Source of the DNA: Phoronis australis
Lineage: Eukaryota; Animalia; Phoronida
Direction: 5' to 3'
Assembly (NCBI GenBank): GCA_002633005.1
Contig: NMRA01000011.1
Span: 30,324-94,323 of the forward strand
Length of the DNA: 64,000 bases
Shown one piece after another: positions 25,007 to 38,689 of the stretch. Within the stretch, counting starts at the first letter, position 1; each line of letters begins with the position of its first letter. Both the position numbers and the translations under genes were made by a program. The notes below the pieces were generated by a model. That model made no database searches. It was not told the DNA's origin and was given only the letters and a program-made list of their open reading frames with translations.

Positions 25007-26122
25007 ATGGCTAGAGACAATGATGCAGTTGTGGTGAAAAACGACTTTCGTATGCCCACGTGGGGGCGAGTGCTGTATTACTTAGGATATAGCATCGTTA
25101 TTGTCATCGGATTGCTTGGAAACTCTTCTGTCATAGCAGGCGTGATTAAGAATGTAAAGCTGAGAACTTCAACCAACATTCTCGTTTGCAATCTTTGCAT
25201 TGTCAACATTATTATGTGTATTCCAACCTTCGTGTTGGTACATACGTTTGTCACGCTGGACGAAGGACATCTCGAAGTTGAAACCTTCCTTGGACTTCAG
25301 GTTGTGCTATATGTCACAGGCACCGTCTCCGTATGGACGTCCACTGCCATATCTATACTCCGTTGTGGAGGTCTAGTGAGTATGTGGAAGTTCAAAGCGT
25401 CAAAATGGATTATAGTGGTCGTTTTGGCAGTTATTTGGATATTCGCTATTTTTATTGCAACCGTGCCAATTCTTTCTGGAATTTACGGTGTGCATAATTA
25501 TGCGAAAAACATAACTAATTCTTCATCGAACAGGAGCGGGCTATCTGGTGAAAATCGCTTTGGTTATAGGATATTTCTCGGCAGTTTTCTAGCAACGCAG
25601 ATAGTTCTCCCTGCCACCGTCATGTGCTTCAATTATTCTAGAGTGAGTTGGACATTGCGGAAACATCTTAAAAACGTTAAAGGAGCCAAAACACGGGATA
25701 TGGAGATGAAAGACTTTAAGCAATACCGGAAGATTAACTTCATGCTGATCTTGACCGTGGTGTCGTTCATCTTATGTTATCTTCCAATGAATCTGATCTG
25801 GTTTATGAGAGAATTTGCTTCACTAAATCTGAGTACAGAAACGTACACGATAATAAACTTTTGGCTGTCACAGTTGTTCGTTCTTTCTGTCGCATGCAAT
25901 CCAATATTATACGGTTTGATGAACAACACTTTACGTCAAGAAATAATGCTTATAAAGAAGCAGATCGTCGACCTAGTTTGCCTGAAGAAATCGTCAGTTC
26001 CGCCGGAAGTGACTCAAAGTCTAGCAGTCATACACGAGAATTCGTCAAGAGTGGGAAAGCCTATCGGTGTAAGCTCTGCTAAGACGACTGTGGAAGGAGA
26101 AATCGAAAGCTCGCATCTTTGA
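25007..26122 (+). CDS. Class A (rhodopsin-like) orphan GPCR, intronless CDS, 371 aa
   Basis: Seven hydrophobic segments; GN (TM1), LRTSTNIL..NL (TM2), W (TM4), LP (TM5), FILCYLP (TM6), NPILY (TM7). The first in-frame ATG (aaaATGG) follows an acceptor-like ctccag at 24989. Confidence 0.93.
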   Translation: MARDNDAVVVKNDFRMPTWGRVLYYLGYSIVIVIGLLGNSSVIAGVIKNVKLRTSTNILVCNLCIVNIIMCIPTFVLVHTFVTLDEGHLEVETFLGLQVVLYVTGTVSVWTSTAISILRCGGLVSMWKFKASKWIIVVVLAVIWIFAIFIATVPILSGIYGVHNYAKNITNSSSNRSGLSGENRFGYRIFLGSFLATQIVLPATVMCFNYSRVSWTLRKHLKNVKGAKTRDMEMKDFKQYRKINFMLILTVVSFILCYLPMNLIWFMREFASLNLSTETYTIINFWLSQLFVLSVACNPILYGLMNNTLRQEIMLIKKQIVDLVCLKKSSVPPEVTQSLAVIHENSSRVGKPIGVSSAKTTVEGEIESSHL

Positions 26123-28185
26123 TCAGAGTGTAAGAAGCCCATTCGCCGCTATCACTAACAGCAATTCCTCCTCATGAGCCACAATCATGACATTTGTGTT
26201 CGGTACTCTCTTGTTGTTCTGCGATAGATTGCTCCATTGTTATCAGAACTGGTCTCGAAAGAAAGGTAATTATGATGAGTGAGAAAGAAAAACCTCTTGT
26301 GACGAAAGAACTTTGTCCTTGAGGTACGGAAAACCACTAGTTGCAACGCTGGCCTGATTTGCTAGGGCCAGTAAAAATAGTTATACAGTGCAATATACAT
26401 GGAGTCCAAAATGTTAACAAAAGTGAAACAAAAAGATAGTGTACCAGGACATGTAGACCACAGAGTTTTATGTTATTATTGATGCAAAGCCAGGCAAGAT
26501 GGAATGAAAACATTATTTTATGCATGATAAAAGCTAAGATGCCAACTGAAGTTGCATTCAAATAAATATAATGAATCCAGTAGGATTGTGGATCATGAGA
26601 CTCGAGATCAGCCAATCCAAGAAACCTCTTTTTAATGACCTTGACATTTACTTCGACATCAACCAATGTACAGGCGAGGTGCAGATAGCCCCGACCACTA
26701 TTACATGTAAGCACACCGCTTAGCCGGGGACGTCTGGACCAATCTAGGGCAGCGATAATCATTCAAATTGTGTTTACAGAGATCATAGAGCATTGCGAGC
26801 AGGGTCATCAACTGTAATAAACAATTCTGTCTATCGTGTATAACTTTTAAAATGCTTTTTGAAAACTATTCATTTTAGGCATTAATGATTACACAAATAT
26901 GTACAACATAAACATAATCGAAGTCGGTATTCGAAATGAAATCTCGGTTCTCAGAAGTGTATAATCTCTGTTCATTATAACTAGTTATACGCAGTAACTG
27001 CAGCTGCTTGACTGATAAGGAAAGCAGTCCGAGCTCAGTTACACCTGAATAGACTTGTGCTTTAAGTAACACAAAAATAGGCAAATGAACTGTCCGGACT
27101 CGCTACATCATAAATGTAAATGTCAAATTCATGTCAATAGTGGCCTAGACCAAAGATTTTTTTGGACAAAAGCCACCGTAAAACTTGATTTTTTGCATGC
27201 ATTGTAATAAAAATTTTGATAGTTTGTTCATTTCCATCCATTTTTAATTAGTGATTCGTCCTATAGTTGTTCATCTAAAACTAATTGATGTTAATATATT
27301 TTCCAGTCGGAACTTGATTTACGTGTGGCATATGTTCAGTATAGATGTAACAATTTTCCACGTCACAATTATCTAGGAATTCCCTAGGCGGTATTTATCT
27401 TCAACATTTCGTTTTTTCTCCACTACAAATCTTTATGACGGGCAACGTGATCCACTGAAATGAACCTGAACAGTCCTAACGTTTCAAACGGAAGCCATGC
27501 GTTCACTAACGCTTGGACCTACACTACGACCTAGCTGAAATCTAGCAAGTCACATGATCTCATTCAAAATACACAGCAATATCTCACGTAATCTCGCGAA
27601 GTCTTGCCTTTTGCCGAGGTCCTAGCGTTACTGAACGGGAGGCTGGTCTGTGCATTTCAAATGTCATGTGACTCCTCTTTGACTCCTTTGACTCAGCGTT
27701 GGATTAGATAGACTCTGTATACGGTTATTAGCCTTGGCCAACTTGAAAGCTACTAAAACTACAAAGTCTGTTGTTCTTTGTTATTTCATTACAAATCAAA
27801 AAAGTTGGCTGCTACGACATCTTTGGCAATTTTCAGGCCTGATCCAGCAACACTTTGAACACAACAATGGCTCACTGCAATCAACCGAGAAATGTTTCTC
27901 CACCCAGACCAGCGTTTCCAAATTTTGGAGCCAGCTGTGAAAGACTGCAGTATCATCCCACTCACGTAGCCCGTCTGTAAATAATTATTTACAGTCACGC
28001 TCCAGTACACTGTTGTTAAACAGTGGAACAAAATTATGCCCACTAATATTGCAAATTGTAATCGTAGCTATTTCACTTGCAAGGCCTGAATAAAGCAGTA
28101 CCTAACCAAAACAGAAAACTGAAGTCGTTCAAAGAAAAAAGTCGGTATTGTGGGTTCAAAAAAGTAAACTGTTAACCAATTAATG

Positions 28186-31100
28186 ACCTACAGCACGCAT
28201 CACGAATTTTTGTCCGACTGGTCGGAAATTGGTCGACGACCGGCCGTCGACCGGTCGGCAAATTAGCAAACTTGTCGGCTAAAAATTAGCAGACCAGCAG
28301 CCGGCCGCAGTGCCGACTCATAAGGCGACTCCCAGCCGACCCTTCAGCCGACCGGCCATCAGCCGACCAGCTGGTCGGCTGCTATTTTTTAGGCTAGAGT
28401 AGCAGTTGCGTAATAGGTCGTCAGGCTGATACCACTTTGCGTGTCGATGCATTTTCTCCTTAACACAGGGTCAAATAAATTAACCTATTTACCTTCTCCT
28501 TTACATGAGTTCACATCGGTTGTGTAACACCACTAATTCGAAGGTTGAAGGCAAGCGGTAATATCATTAAATTATGGACAGTGCAACAACCTTTGATCTT
28601 TAATTTGACTGCGGACGTTAACAAGCTGCATTAGATTGGTTGCTTCCAGGTCAATACAACGCTGTAGTCATTTTGTATACGCAGCTACTTTTGACAGTCT
28701 TCGCCCACAATTGTTTTTTGTTTGTGTTACGCCGAACTGCATCTTTTCCCGTTTTTAAAATTCTCCACGGGTCTCCTATCACGTGCCCATGATGATGGGA
28801 TAGTGAGTGAGTTGTTACACCGAAGAGCTCTCACTCCGGGGTTTTTATTTTCATATGATTAACCCCTGCAGTACCGTATACGCGAACTTCACGGTCCAGT
28901 ATGCCCTGAACCCACGGACGTCAAGGATGGCTCTAACTTCGAAATAACATGGTTAATAGTTTCACGAACTTAGACAGTGACATCAAACACTGAATAACCA
29001 CTGCTGAGGCAACAACAATTCTAGCTTTGCGCATTCCGTTTTTAGTGCATCGGTGACGTTAACATCTGCGCTAGTTACATGTACCAGTTCTTCGTTCACG
29101 TTGTTCCAAAAATAAATATTTTCTGTCAACAACATATTGACAAATTATGCCATAAAATAAAACAATTTTGAACGTGAAGGTGTGAATTCGTGATGAAAAG
29201 GTATTTGTCTCTACGCGGCATATTTGCCGTGAATCTTTGGTAAAGCGATTGCGATGTCGAAAAAAATGATAGAAAACAAACCAAATGGTACAGAATTTCT
29301 TCTATGTTCAGCTGTAAGAAGACCTACAACAATCTTAAAAAATTCCAGCATGAGAGCGCTTCATCAGAAATACCAAGCACATACATGTACATGTACAGCG
29401 TAGTAAGACAGAGAAGTTGGCGTTTCCGTATATCCACAAAAGTGCTTTGAGCAGTGTGTACAAATCTGCTCATTTCGCTTTTCTACAATGACGGATATGG
29501 CCAACACGGTGTTTTAAAAAAGTCCACTTTTGAGGCCATTTTCAACAATTAATATGTTTGGTTGAAGCATTCAGAGAGTCGGTGTCCACGTCGTACATCA
29601 AATGTACTCGTGGGCAGAAAACGTATCTGCGTAAAGAAAGAGTTGCGTTTTCAAAACTCAGAGACGTGTATTGTCAGGACCCTACATTAATAAACCGAGG
29701 CCAAGTATAAAGCACGTCTTCAAAATTTAGATAAACAAAGTTTACGGCATACTAATTACAGGGTCACTGACTCGGAGCACGTTCTTAGGCACAATGTATA
29801 CTGTAATTTCGGTTGAATTAGTTATAACTGTGAATAGCACGTACGCGTACAATAAGCCATTCACATTTATATCTGACCACAATTCTCCCCCTGCTTTGAA
29901 AACAAACAATCGTTTAGATCATTTTCTGAAAGAACGTGAACTAAAATGATAGGAAAAACACGACATACCATACACTAGTCCAGATTCTACATTCGAAGAC
30001 CGCTTTTGTGAGAAAGAAACTCTCAACAGGAGAATTTTGTAATGACACGTAAATAAATATATCTTTTACCCCTTAGAGTAGAAGCTAAACGCTAAGTATT
30101 GTGTTATTACTCCGAAGGGCTCGGCCTTGGTGGAAGCTGTTTACTAAATTAAATATACAGCTTTGCGCCGTATTGGGTAAGAACTGACTGAATAAAATTT
30201 TCCTCCTTGAGTAATCTAAATTATTCACGGACGTTGCAAAAATTACTTTTGTAGGCTACAGTTATTCTGCTCCTAAAATTGTGGTGTGATCTTTTGCGTA
30301 GACTTTTAGCGCAATGAAATATTGCGTCACCTATTAGCCAGTTTCTTTTTCCCAGATTCTTCAATCAAACGTTCTCCCTCTAGGTTGCGTAAACGTCAAA
30401 ACAAATGATTAGAATTGGTTTCACTTCATTATATGTTTTTGGAATTTTTTAAACCCAATTTTAGAACAAATTTTGCTGCGATGTTGTCATCGTCTAAGGG
30501 GAGATGTCGAAAAACTTCTGGAAGTGGCGCGTGTCACGAATGTACAACCTTCAAAACGACGACATACATTTCTTTGTTACCAATGAAGACTGAGAGAATT
30601 ACGCAAGAAAATGTCGTCGGATAATTTTCGCTAACGGCCGTAATGGGCACGGTGAATGTCAATTGAGTTTCAGATTTTGCATGCACACCCGCCGGTCTTT
30701 AGCTCATGTTGATACAAGCTTTACGACGAGGTGACGAGCGTATTTATTCGAGCAGTGTGCAATTTCGTGGTCTGTCGGAGCTCAATACACAGTGGCACCT
30801 TGCCGTATTTTGACTATTAGTCTTCATACAGCTAGCTGGCTAGATAGGAAGGCTCTAGCTTCGAAACATTGTTTTACTCCGAAAGTGACAACAAATTCAG
30901 AATGATGATGGATCATGGATGACACTATAACCGATCACATCATTCTTCCGTTTTCATGCGCCCATGATCTTAATCTCTGCGCTATGTTAAAACAATTGTT
31001 TATGTTGTTCTTAAAATTAACATGTGTTCTACTGTTGTACCAACATATTAAGAAATTATGCAAAAATTAACAATAATTATCTGTGGTAAAGCGCATCATA

Positions 31101-31752
31101 TAGCGTGATGAAGTGATGATCAAGAGCAATAACAGATGAGCGCGAATGCGTGCTGCTCGGAGTGAGCATTGTTGCGGCATGAAAACACTTGAGGTCGTAA
31201 AACAGCCAGCGCTGTATTCTTACTTTTGTGCAATTTTACTGTAAAATTTCAAATTTCTTGCTTTTTTATGTATAATGTACTGTATAAAAAGTCTCATACT
31301 AAAAGACAGAAATTACGTTTCCGCGATATCACTTAACGTTTAGTAATTTTACCACGCCGTCAGAAATTCAACATAAAGTTTACGCTGGTGTAATGCCATG
31401 CACTTCGTATTTGTAGGTTGATTCGATTTTACCTCCTTTCAATAGTTGAACAAAAGTTGATAAACCGATGTCAAGACCGGAGTTCAGTGTCACTGTTGAA
31501 CGAAGAGCGAACAGTTATTTATGTTTGTTTGGCCAAAGATCACCCGCTGAGTCATAAAATGGTAATTGCCGACCAAGGACACGCTTAATCCGAATTGGTT
31601 GTCTACGCTAGCCGACCACAGAGGCGACTCAGCAGATGGCTCCTAGCCGACCGTTGTTGGTCGGCTGATGGTCGGCTAGACGACCGGTCGATGGCCGGTT
31701 GTCGACCAATTTCCGACCCGGGTCGGACAAAAATTCGTGATGTGTGCTGTAT
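28186..31752. mobile_element. TIR-bounded non-coding element (PIF/Harbinger-like ends, tentative)
   Basis: tacagcacgcatcacgaatttttgtccgactggtcggaaattggtcgac at 28189 is inverted at 31700-31751; gccgacc subterminal repeats at both ends; no convincing ORF. Confidence 0.65.
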
Positions 31753-34180
31753 AGTTTGTGTTTGAATGCCATTGATTGATTTAAAAACGGTTCCGACCTT
31801 AGAGATCTTAAACTGACGGAAGTGGAAACAGCCGTGGAATTCCCCAATATGGAGTTGGTCCTTTTATCGTCAAATGTCTTTTATTTCGGGTTGCTATTTC
31901 ATGTGCAGGAAACGGGAACAGAACACAGGGTGACTCATTTTATAATCCAGGTATGTGTTTGAACAATTGTAAAGACCGCACATTACATATTTCGTCAAAT
32001 TTCTTTGACAACTGCCGTTTGCAAAAACGCCATGCAAAGCCAGAACAGTTGAATAGCAGTGGTTTGCAGCTGTATCATGCTTAATTTCCGTCAGCATGGA
32101 ATCAAACTTTGTAGCATTTGTTTCTCTCGTCTTTAATCTAGAAGACATTGTGTCGATATTGGAATTGAACCTTTTTCATTGACAGAGATAGCTTTTAAGT
32201 AACTCCTTCATAATGTCACTTCCTTAGTGCTAGTCTCCGTCAATATCTGCCTCAGAGGCAAGCAGTGCAGCTTATTGTGATTTACCATGATTACGTGATG
32301 GCAATGGGCGTGAGAGATTCGGGCACTCGATTAACTTGAGAAAACAGGGTGCCAAAGAAATAGAAAATTGCGCCTGTACAACGAAAGCAGATCCACAAAG
32401 AAGCGACCAATCCTACCTACAGTTGATATGAATGTCTTTCCGTCTATGGGTAAGCAGACCAGTGGGCGAAGGTCTCTGCAACTGGTTACTGTAATAAGGC
32501 GTCATCACTGTCAAAATATTGTGGGGCGACTCGATCATTTCTTAATTCACCCGTTCCCTTAAGTCAATCGGCTCAGACATCTGACTGCTTTTAAGTTGGA
32601 TATCATCATCGCCACGGCGGAACTGCTGAAATGATTCAAATTTACCCATTATATCCGTCAGGCGAATTTCATGAAACAATCCACTATTGATAAAAAAATT
32701 ACTGATATAACGATTTCCACAGCAAATGACTGCAGTCCACTATAGCTAGACTGGGATAACGGAAAAATTCTTGCCCAAGTTACGGGATAGAAACCACACA
32801 CGATAAGCGAACGACAGGGTCATGAAACGCCATTACACTCTTTCACAGTGCTAGAAAAGGCAGCCCTGTGGAATTGTTGGTTTATATGGCTTTTCATTGG
32901 TCTACGTAATGAAACTGACGTCATAACGCTCAGTCATTCCCACTGGTTGAAATCTGAGAAACCCCTTGCAGTTTACTGTTACGAACGTAGCATAGGCGAC
33001 TGTAATGTTCTGCGTTGGACAGACAAAATCAAAGTCCGAGTTTGACGGGATGATTTTATTTATTAATTCCACCTGGAACCTCAGTGAAAACTTTGAATCC
33101 TTGTGAGAACCGTGTGAGAATTGTAAATCTATGAAAATACACAAAATATTCTAAATACATGACAGTACATGTATTATATAAAACAGAATCTAAATTAAAT
33201 TATTAACAATAGTCACTCTAAGAAACTAGTAAAAATTACTCAAATCTAACTGAATCGGTATATGAACTTTAAATCACATTTACAAAACAAAACTTTGAAC
33301 ATTTCATAGCTCGTAAACTCTAATGAGATTTACAGAAATTGCTCCCTTTGATCTTATCCACGCATGAGCATCCAATTCTTGTTTTGTGTATCAGTATGAT
33401 CCTTGTCAGTGACTGAACACACTCCTTGAAATTCTACAGACTCAGTGATCTGCCTAAAATACTTGATTCTCCAAAGTTACTGAGCTTCCTCGTCTCCTAA
33501 CTTTTTCTTTTGAGAATGACGCTTGTTTGCTCCACAAAATATTTATACTCTAAGATATGACTAAACATCACATGGACACTGGTCAAGGCATAAGTACATT
33601 GGTGTGGGTGTTTCTTAGAATCAATCCACCTAAAGTTGACCACTCCAAAACATAGTTTGATGATCATATCCTGTTTGTCAGAACTACATTGAGAACTTAG
33701 CAGAACTAAAGCTTTTCTGAAGAAATTGCGCAATACTCAAGTTTACCACAACAAGTTGTTTACAATAACAAGTCATGTTCTAAAATATTTGTGACTTTCA
33801 AAATAGTTAACTGATATTAATTAACACATTTGTTCATAAATTTAATCATCGATTTGTAATAAATCTTTACATAATTCTAACATTTTTCATCAAAAATGTT
33901 ACACAAATAGTTGCAATTTTTAAAACGGCAGTAATCGAAGTAAACAAAATCAAGGGAACCCCGATCCTATGGCTTTAGCCCAAACAAGTATAGTGCATAC
34001 AGCATAAAGGCGTGTGAAGGTAGGCCTAGTGGCGATGCGATCGACAGCCTATATTTCCTACCAAGACATGCTCATTCCAAACACTGAATTGCGTGTGTCG
34101 TTCATCATGTTTCAACAGGACCACTTTTCAATATAGGTGGCGCGGTTGTATCTGCAATTCGAGGCTAATATTGTGGTATA

Positions 34181-34634
34181 ACCTACTTTGGTAGACGATA
34201 TTTTCCCGGTAGAAGCTTAGCATGATAAAATGTGTAGTAAGCTATAATAGTTGCTAAACCTTAATTTATAGATTCACTTTATTTCTATTTTGTTTAAATT
34301 TTTCAATTGGTTTTGAGTATAAGCATTATTTGACAAAAATAGCTCGTCTTTTCTTAAAAGGTCACGACCTCCGACCGCGGGCCTCTGACATAGAAAGTAG
34401 TTACAAAGCCGAGTTGAGTCGAGAAAGGTCGATCGATTCATTGCAATGTTTCTCGTTCAGTATGTGGTATAAATAGATTATTACATGTTCTCAGTCGTTA
34501 TTCCCGTTATCTAGAGCAATCATGGATTTTGTAGAATTATCACCCTCGGGGCTAACGCCCCTCGGGCAATAATTCTCCAAAATCCACTCGGGCTCTAGAT
34601 AACGGGGGATAACGACTTCGCCATGTAATAATCT
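34181..34634. repeat. Unit A (~455 bp, ends in a ~160-bp hairpin); inverted copy at 35183-35636
   Basis: acctactttggtagacgatattttcccgg... is the reverse complement of ...ccgggaaaatatcgtctaccaaagtaggt; internal palindrome at 34474-34634. Confidence 0.9.
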
Positions 34635-34647
34635 TTATTTATCACTA

Positions 34648-35047
34648 GTAACTGAGTTTAATGCTCAAGTCAAAGGGTCCCGACGACACGATACCCGTAT
34701 TCAAATTGGCGATCGGTGACTTACAAGTGAGAGACCACGAGAGAAAATTTCACTGAATTAAAATATCGTTTTAATGGAAATAATGCGTCTTATTTTTCAT
34801 AGCGTATCAATGTCGTTGCAATGCCCTTTGCTGAACATGCGATTGTTCCGCGTTCGCATTTAAGTATTCTATTTTCACGTTCGATGACGTCAGCCGGTGA
34901 GTGGTGTAGTGGTAAAGTTGGCGACCCGAAACTCCTGAGGCCCGGGCTCGAAACCGGCCTGGGTTTCCCGCCAAAATGTTAGTGAGATAACTAAATGGGT
35001 TATTGCACGGTTGTATTTGCCATTCGACGCTAATATCGTGGTATAAT
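34648..35047 (+). repeat. Unit B (~400 bp) containing a tRNA-derived segment; direct copy at 35643-36048
   Basis: gtaactgagt.taatgctcaagtcaaagg...cgctaatat.gtggtataa in both copies. A-box-like tggtgtagtggta and B-box-like ggttcgaatc lie at 34893-34965 and 35888-35962. Confidence 0.85.
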
Positions 35048-35182
35048 TAATTTATTATATGACAACCACTTATAAGACAAGTGAAACGTGTTGTTAATTA
35101 AGTAACCAAATACAAAGAAGAATAGCTACGCTAGCGCCCTATTTAAAGATTACTTCAATCAATCAACCGAAATAATCAATAT

Positions 35183-35636
35183 AGATTATTACATGGCGAA
35201 GTCGTTATCCCTCGTTATTTAGAGCCTGAGTGGATTTTGGAGAATTATCGCCCGAGGGCATTATCCCAGAGGGTGATAATTCTACAAAATCCATGATTGC
35301 TCTAGATAACGGGAATAACGACTGAGAACATGTAATAATCTATTTGTACCACATACTGAACGAGAAACATTGCAATGAATCGATCTACCTTTCTCGACTT
35401 GCCTCGGCTTTGTACCTACTTTCTATGTCAGAGGTCCGGGGTCAGAGGTCGCGACCTTTTAAGAAAAGCCGAGCTATTTTTGTCAAATAATGTTTTCACT
35501 CAAAACCAATTGAAAATTTAAACAAAATGGAAATAAAGAGAATCTATAAATTAAGGTTTAGCTACTATTATAGCTTACTACACATTTCATCACGCTAAGC
35601 TTCGACCGGGAAAATATCGTCTACCAAAGTAGGTTA
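35183..35636. repeat. Inverted copy of unit A
   Basis: Reverse complement of 34181-34634 with scattered substitutions. Confidence 0.9.
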
Positions 35637-35642
35637 CCAGAA

Positions 35643-36048
35643 GTAACTGAGTATAATGCTCAAGTCAAAGGATCCCGACGACAAGATACCCGCATTCAAA
35701 TTGGAGATCGGTGGTTTACAAGTGAGAGAACACGAGAGAAAAAATTCACTGAATTAAGATATCGTTTTTATGGAAATTATGCGTCTTTTTTTCATAGCGT
35801 ATAAATGTTGGTACAATGCCCTTTGCTGAACATGCGATTCTTGCGCGTGCTCATTTAAGTATTCTATTTTCACGCTCGATGACGTCAGCCGCTGAGTTGT
35901 GTAGTGATAAAGTCGGCGACTCGAAACTCTTGAGGCTCGGGTTCGAATCTGGCCTCGGTTTCCCGCCAAAATGACATCTCACTAGTGAGATAACTAAGTG
36001 GGTTATTACACGGTTGTATCTGCCATTCCACGCTAATATTGTGGTATA
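35643..36048 (+). repeat. Second copy of unit B (tRNA-derived SINE-like)
   Basis: Direct repeat of 34648-35047. Confidence 0.85.
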
Positions 36049-38689
36049 AAATGTCTTATCTGCTATCCAAGCAGTAGGACTCTTCACTTGTTGAATGACA
36101 GTCCTCTAGTGTTGGTGAATCTTCCAACTACACACGCTGTAGGCGTATTGCGACAGTATACTTGTTGGTCACAGTCTCTGGTGACGCAACACGTATACAG
36201 TAGGTAGTATCTCACTACCCACGATGCAAGCGACAAGCTCCTGGTTAAATTCCTGTTCGCTAATCCTTGCCCTTGCCAATTCCTCTTCAGAATCTTCCAC
36301 GAGATGACTTTGTTGTACAATATCCTCTGTACACTGTAGCAATTCTTTATTCTTCAATGACTATAGCTCATTTGAACATCCTCTTCATTTTAGCCCAAGT
36401 TATATTTATCTACTTATTTAGCGATTGGCTAATAAAAACCACATGATCGTATCCAATCTTATCGTTGGCCGTTACGATTTGTTCTCAGAAATTTCTAGAA
36501 TCTCGACAGTGCTTTAACCCCAGAACCAAAGTTGTAAACACCATCTAAAAATAGAGTTTTTGACGTTTAAATACATGTCAACAAGTTTGACCCCATGATT
36601 CAAAAGTACATACAAATTTCGGGCAACATAATGATCTGTTGTTACTGATTACTTAATCAATATTTATTCTGACAAGCTGGTTCAGTAGTATTTTTGTACC
36701 TAGGTACACTTATAATCAAATCACTGCATATGCCTGTATGCGATATATCTGTATGGAAAAATCTTGTGGAAAAACGCATGTTTCCGCGTATAGGCGCATG
36801 ATCTTATTTGCGGAGTTACACGAAAGAGCTAATACCATTGCCTAGGGTTACTGCAAACCGCGACATTCTTAAAGTAAATATATGTAGCCTGCCTGGGGTG
36901 TTTCCGTTACACAACAACGAATAAGCATTGTAAGATCTTGCGACTTTCGTTTCTAGCCAGATTCTCAAAATCCCGATGAAAGTCATTGATGTACAAAATA
37001 TTTTCTTGTAAAGCAACATCTACAGGCCCAATGCAACCAAAGGTTAAAGTACTATTTGAAAATAGAATGCATCACGATTAGACGATTTTCTTAAACGTAG
37101 AAGACATTTATTAACACCATTTTCCAGATGCTGGAAATGAGAAAAAAAATTCGATGTCTTCGCCCGATGTGTCGAAAAACAACATAGCCGGGTCATGTCG
37201 TGGTCAATTATAACGTGTACATAGATACTAAAAACGGTAGAAGTATCTCGTCGGAAATCATAGTAAGATCAGCCTTGGTTACCTAATTGCCCACATTATT
37301 CGTGTTCTACGGAAGTGACAATTAAGTCTTCGCAGGCTAATTGAAATACTCAGTTTTAATTTCAGTACCCGTATATTTGCTAATATTATTTGACCAATCA
37401 ATTTTCAAGAACACAAACCTTCCGAAGTTCTCCGCTGTGTTTGCCAGGGTATAGGGAAGTTGAACGGAACCGCTGCAAGGCTTTTGCTGAAGAGTGTGTT
37501 GCCATTCTTGTTTAGGCATTGTAATGTCACAACATTGACATCTTTTGACGGAAACGTCGCCGGACGATTTTTGATTATAATAAAGTTACCTATTTCTGGG
37601 TAAAAGACCAAGCGAAGGCAAGAGGTAAGTTTACATGCCGATTCCCTAGCCTCATTCATGCGAAAGCGCCTTCCGTAGATGCAAGTCTCGCGAAAACGCT
37701 TTTTAGCTTTCGAAAACATCCTTCGATAGCGTGATAATGGAACAGCAATGCCTTGATAGAAGTAGTTTACTTATATATTTGATCAAAAATAAACGTCACG
37801 CCAGAATAATGATGACATAAATGACCTTCCAATCCGCTAACGTGCAGGTGGAGCAGTGGGAAAATAGTGACACTTTCGAAAGGGAAGATCCTGCATTCGA
37901 CTCACGATTAGGTATCCAGAAATTCAATTAATACATTTGTACAGCTAGCGTCACCATAACACTAATAAAATATCTGAACTATGGAGGTATTGTTTAACTT
38001 ACGAGATCCGTGCGACCTATCATTGTTTTCCTTTGTTGTGCCTTTGTTGGATATAACAATGCAAGTCGCATGGATATCGTTATGGGCGCACATCAGCCTG
38101 CGATTACAGTAAGCAAACACAACAATGAATACGGTTATCTACTAATCTCTATGCAACGAGCTTGCGACCTAGTTTCCGTGGAGAACTTCAGATGGAGAAC
38201 TTTTGACTGCAGGTGAGCTTCAATCTCTCGTACAGTATAATTATATTATATAATACTGGTTAACCTTACATAACCAGTCCAACACAAGTTTCACGAGCAC
38301 TTTCCCGGGGTTTCAATATTTCTTCAAATGTTTTTACGTTCACTCTTTGAACTAAATGGAGCAAAGGATACAATTTTTCCGTTATCTATAATCATGATGG
38401 ACTTCTCAGCGGACGGTAGACTTTGCCAGTAGATCGGACTGAACAGTTAAAATGCATGCTAGTCGAAAAGACAAAAGAAGAAGTTTATCGAATATATCGC
38501 AGATACAAAGGATGATTACCAAAGATGCCCACTAAAGGGAGCATACATGTAGCTAGTAAACTTACAATAGCCGGTAGGGGTTGCATAGCCATGTTCTCCT
38601 AAATAGAAACAGACCCGCCGAGACATGTTCTCCCAAGTAAGAAAGCATACTAATTTTCTTGGAGTGACTTGGCCTCTAAAGACCCGAGA

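Noticed and set aside
27734-27960. Possible THAP-domain relic
   Set aside because: Only a vague W...HF resemblance; key cysteines are absent.
31894-32148. 84-aa minus-strand ORF as a gene
   Set aside because: No recognisable domain or supporting exon structure.
34893-35962. Functional tRNA genes
   Set aside because: A/B boxes are present, but the acceptor and anticodon stems do not pair and the two copies differ in the loop; they are embedded in a repeat.
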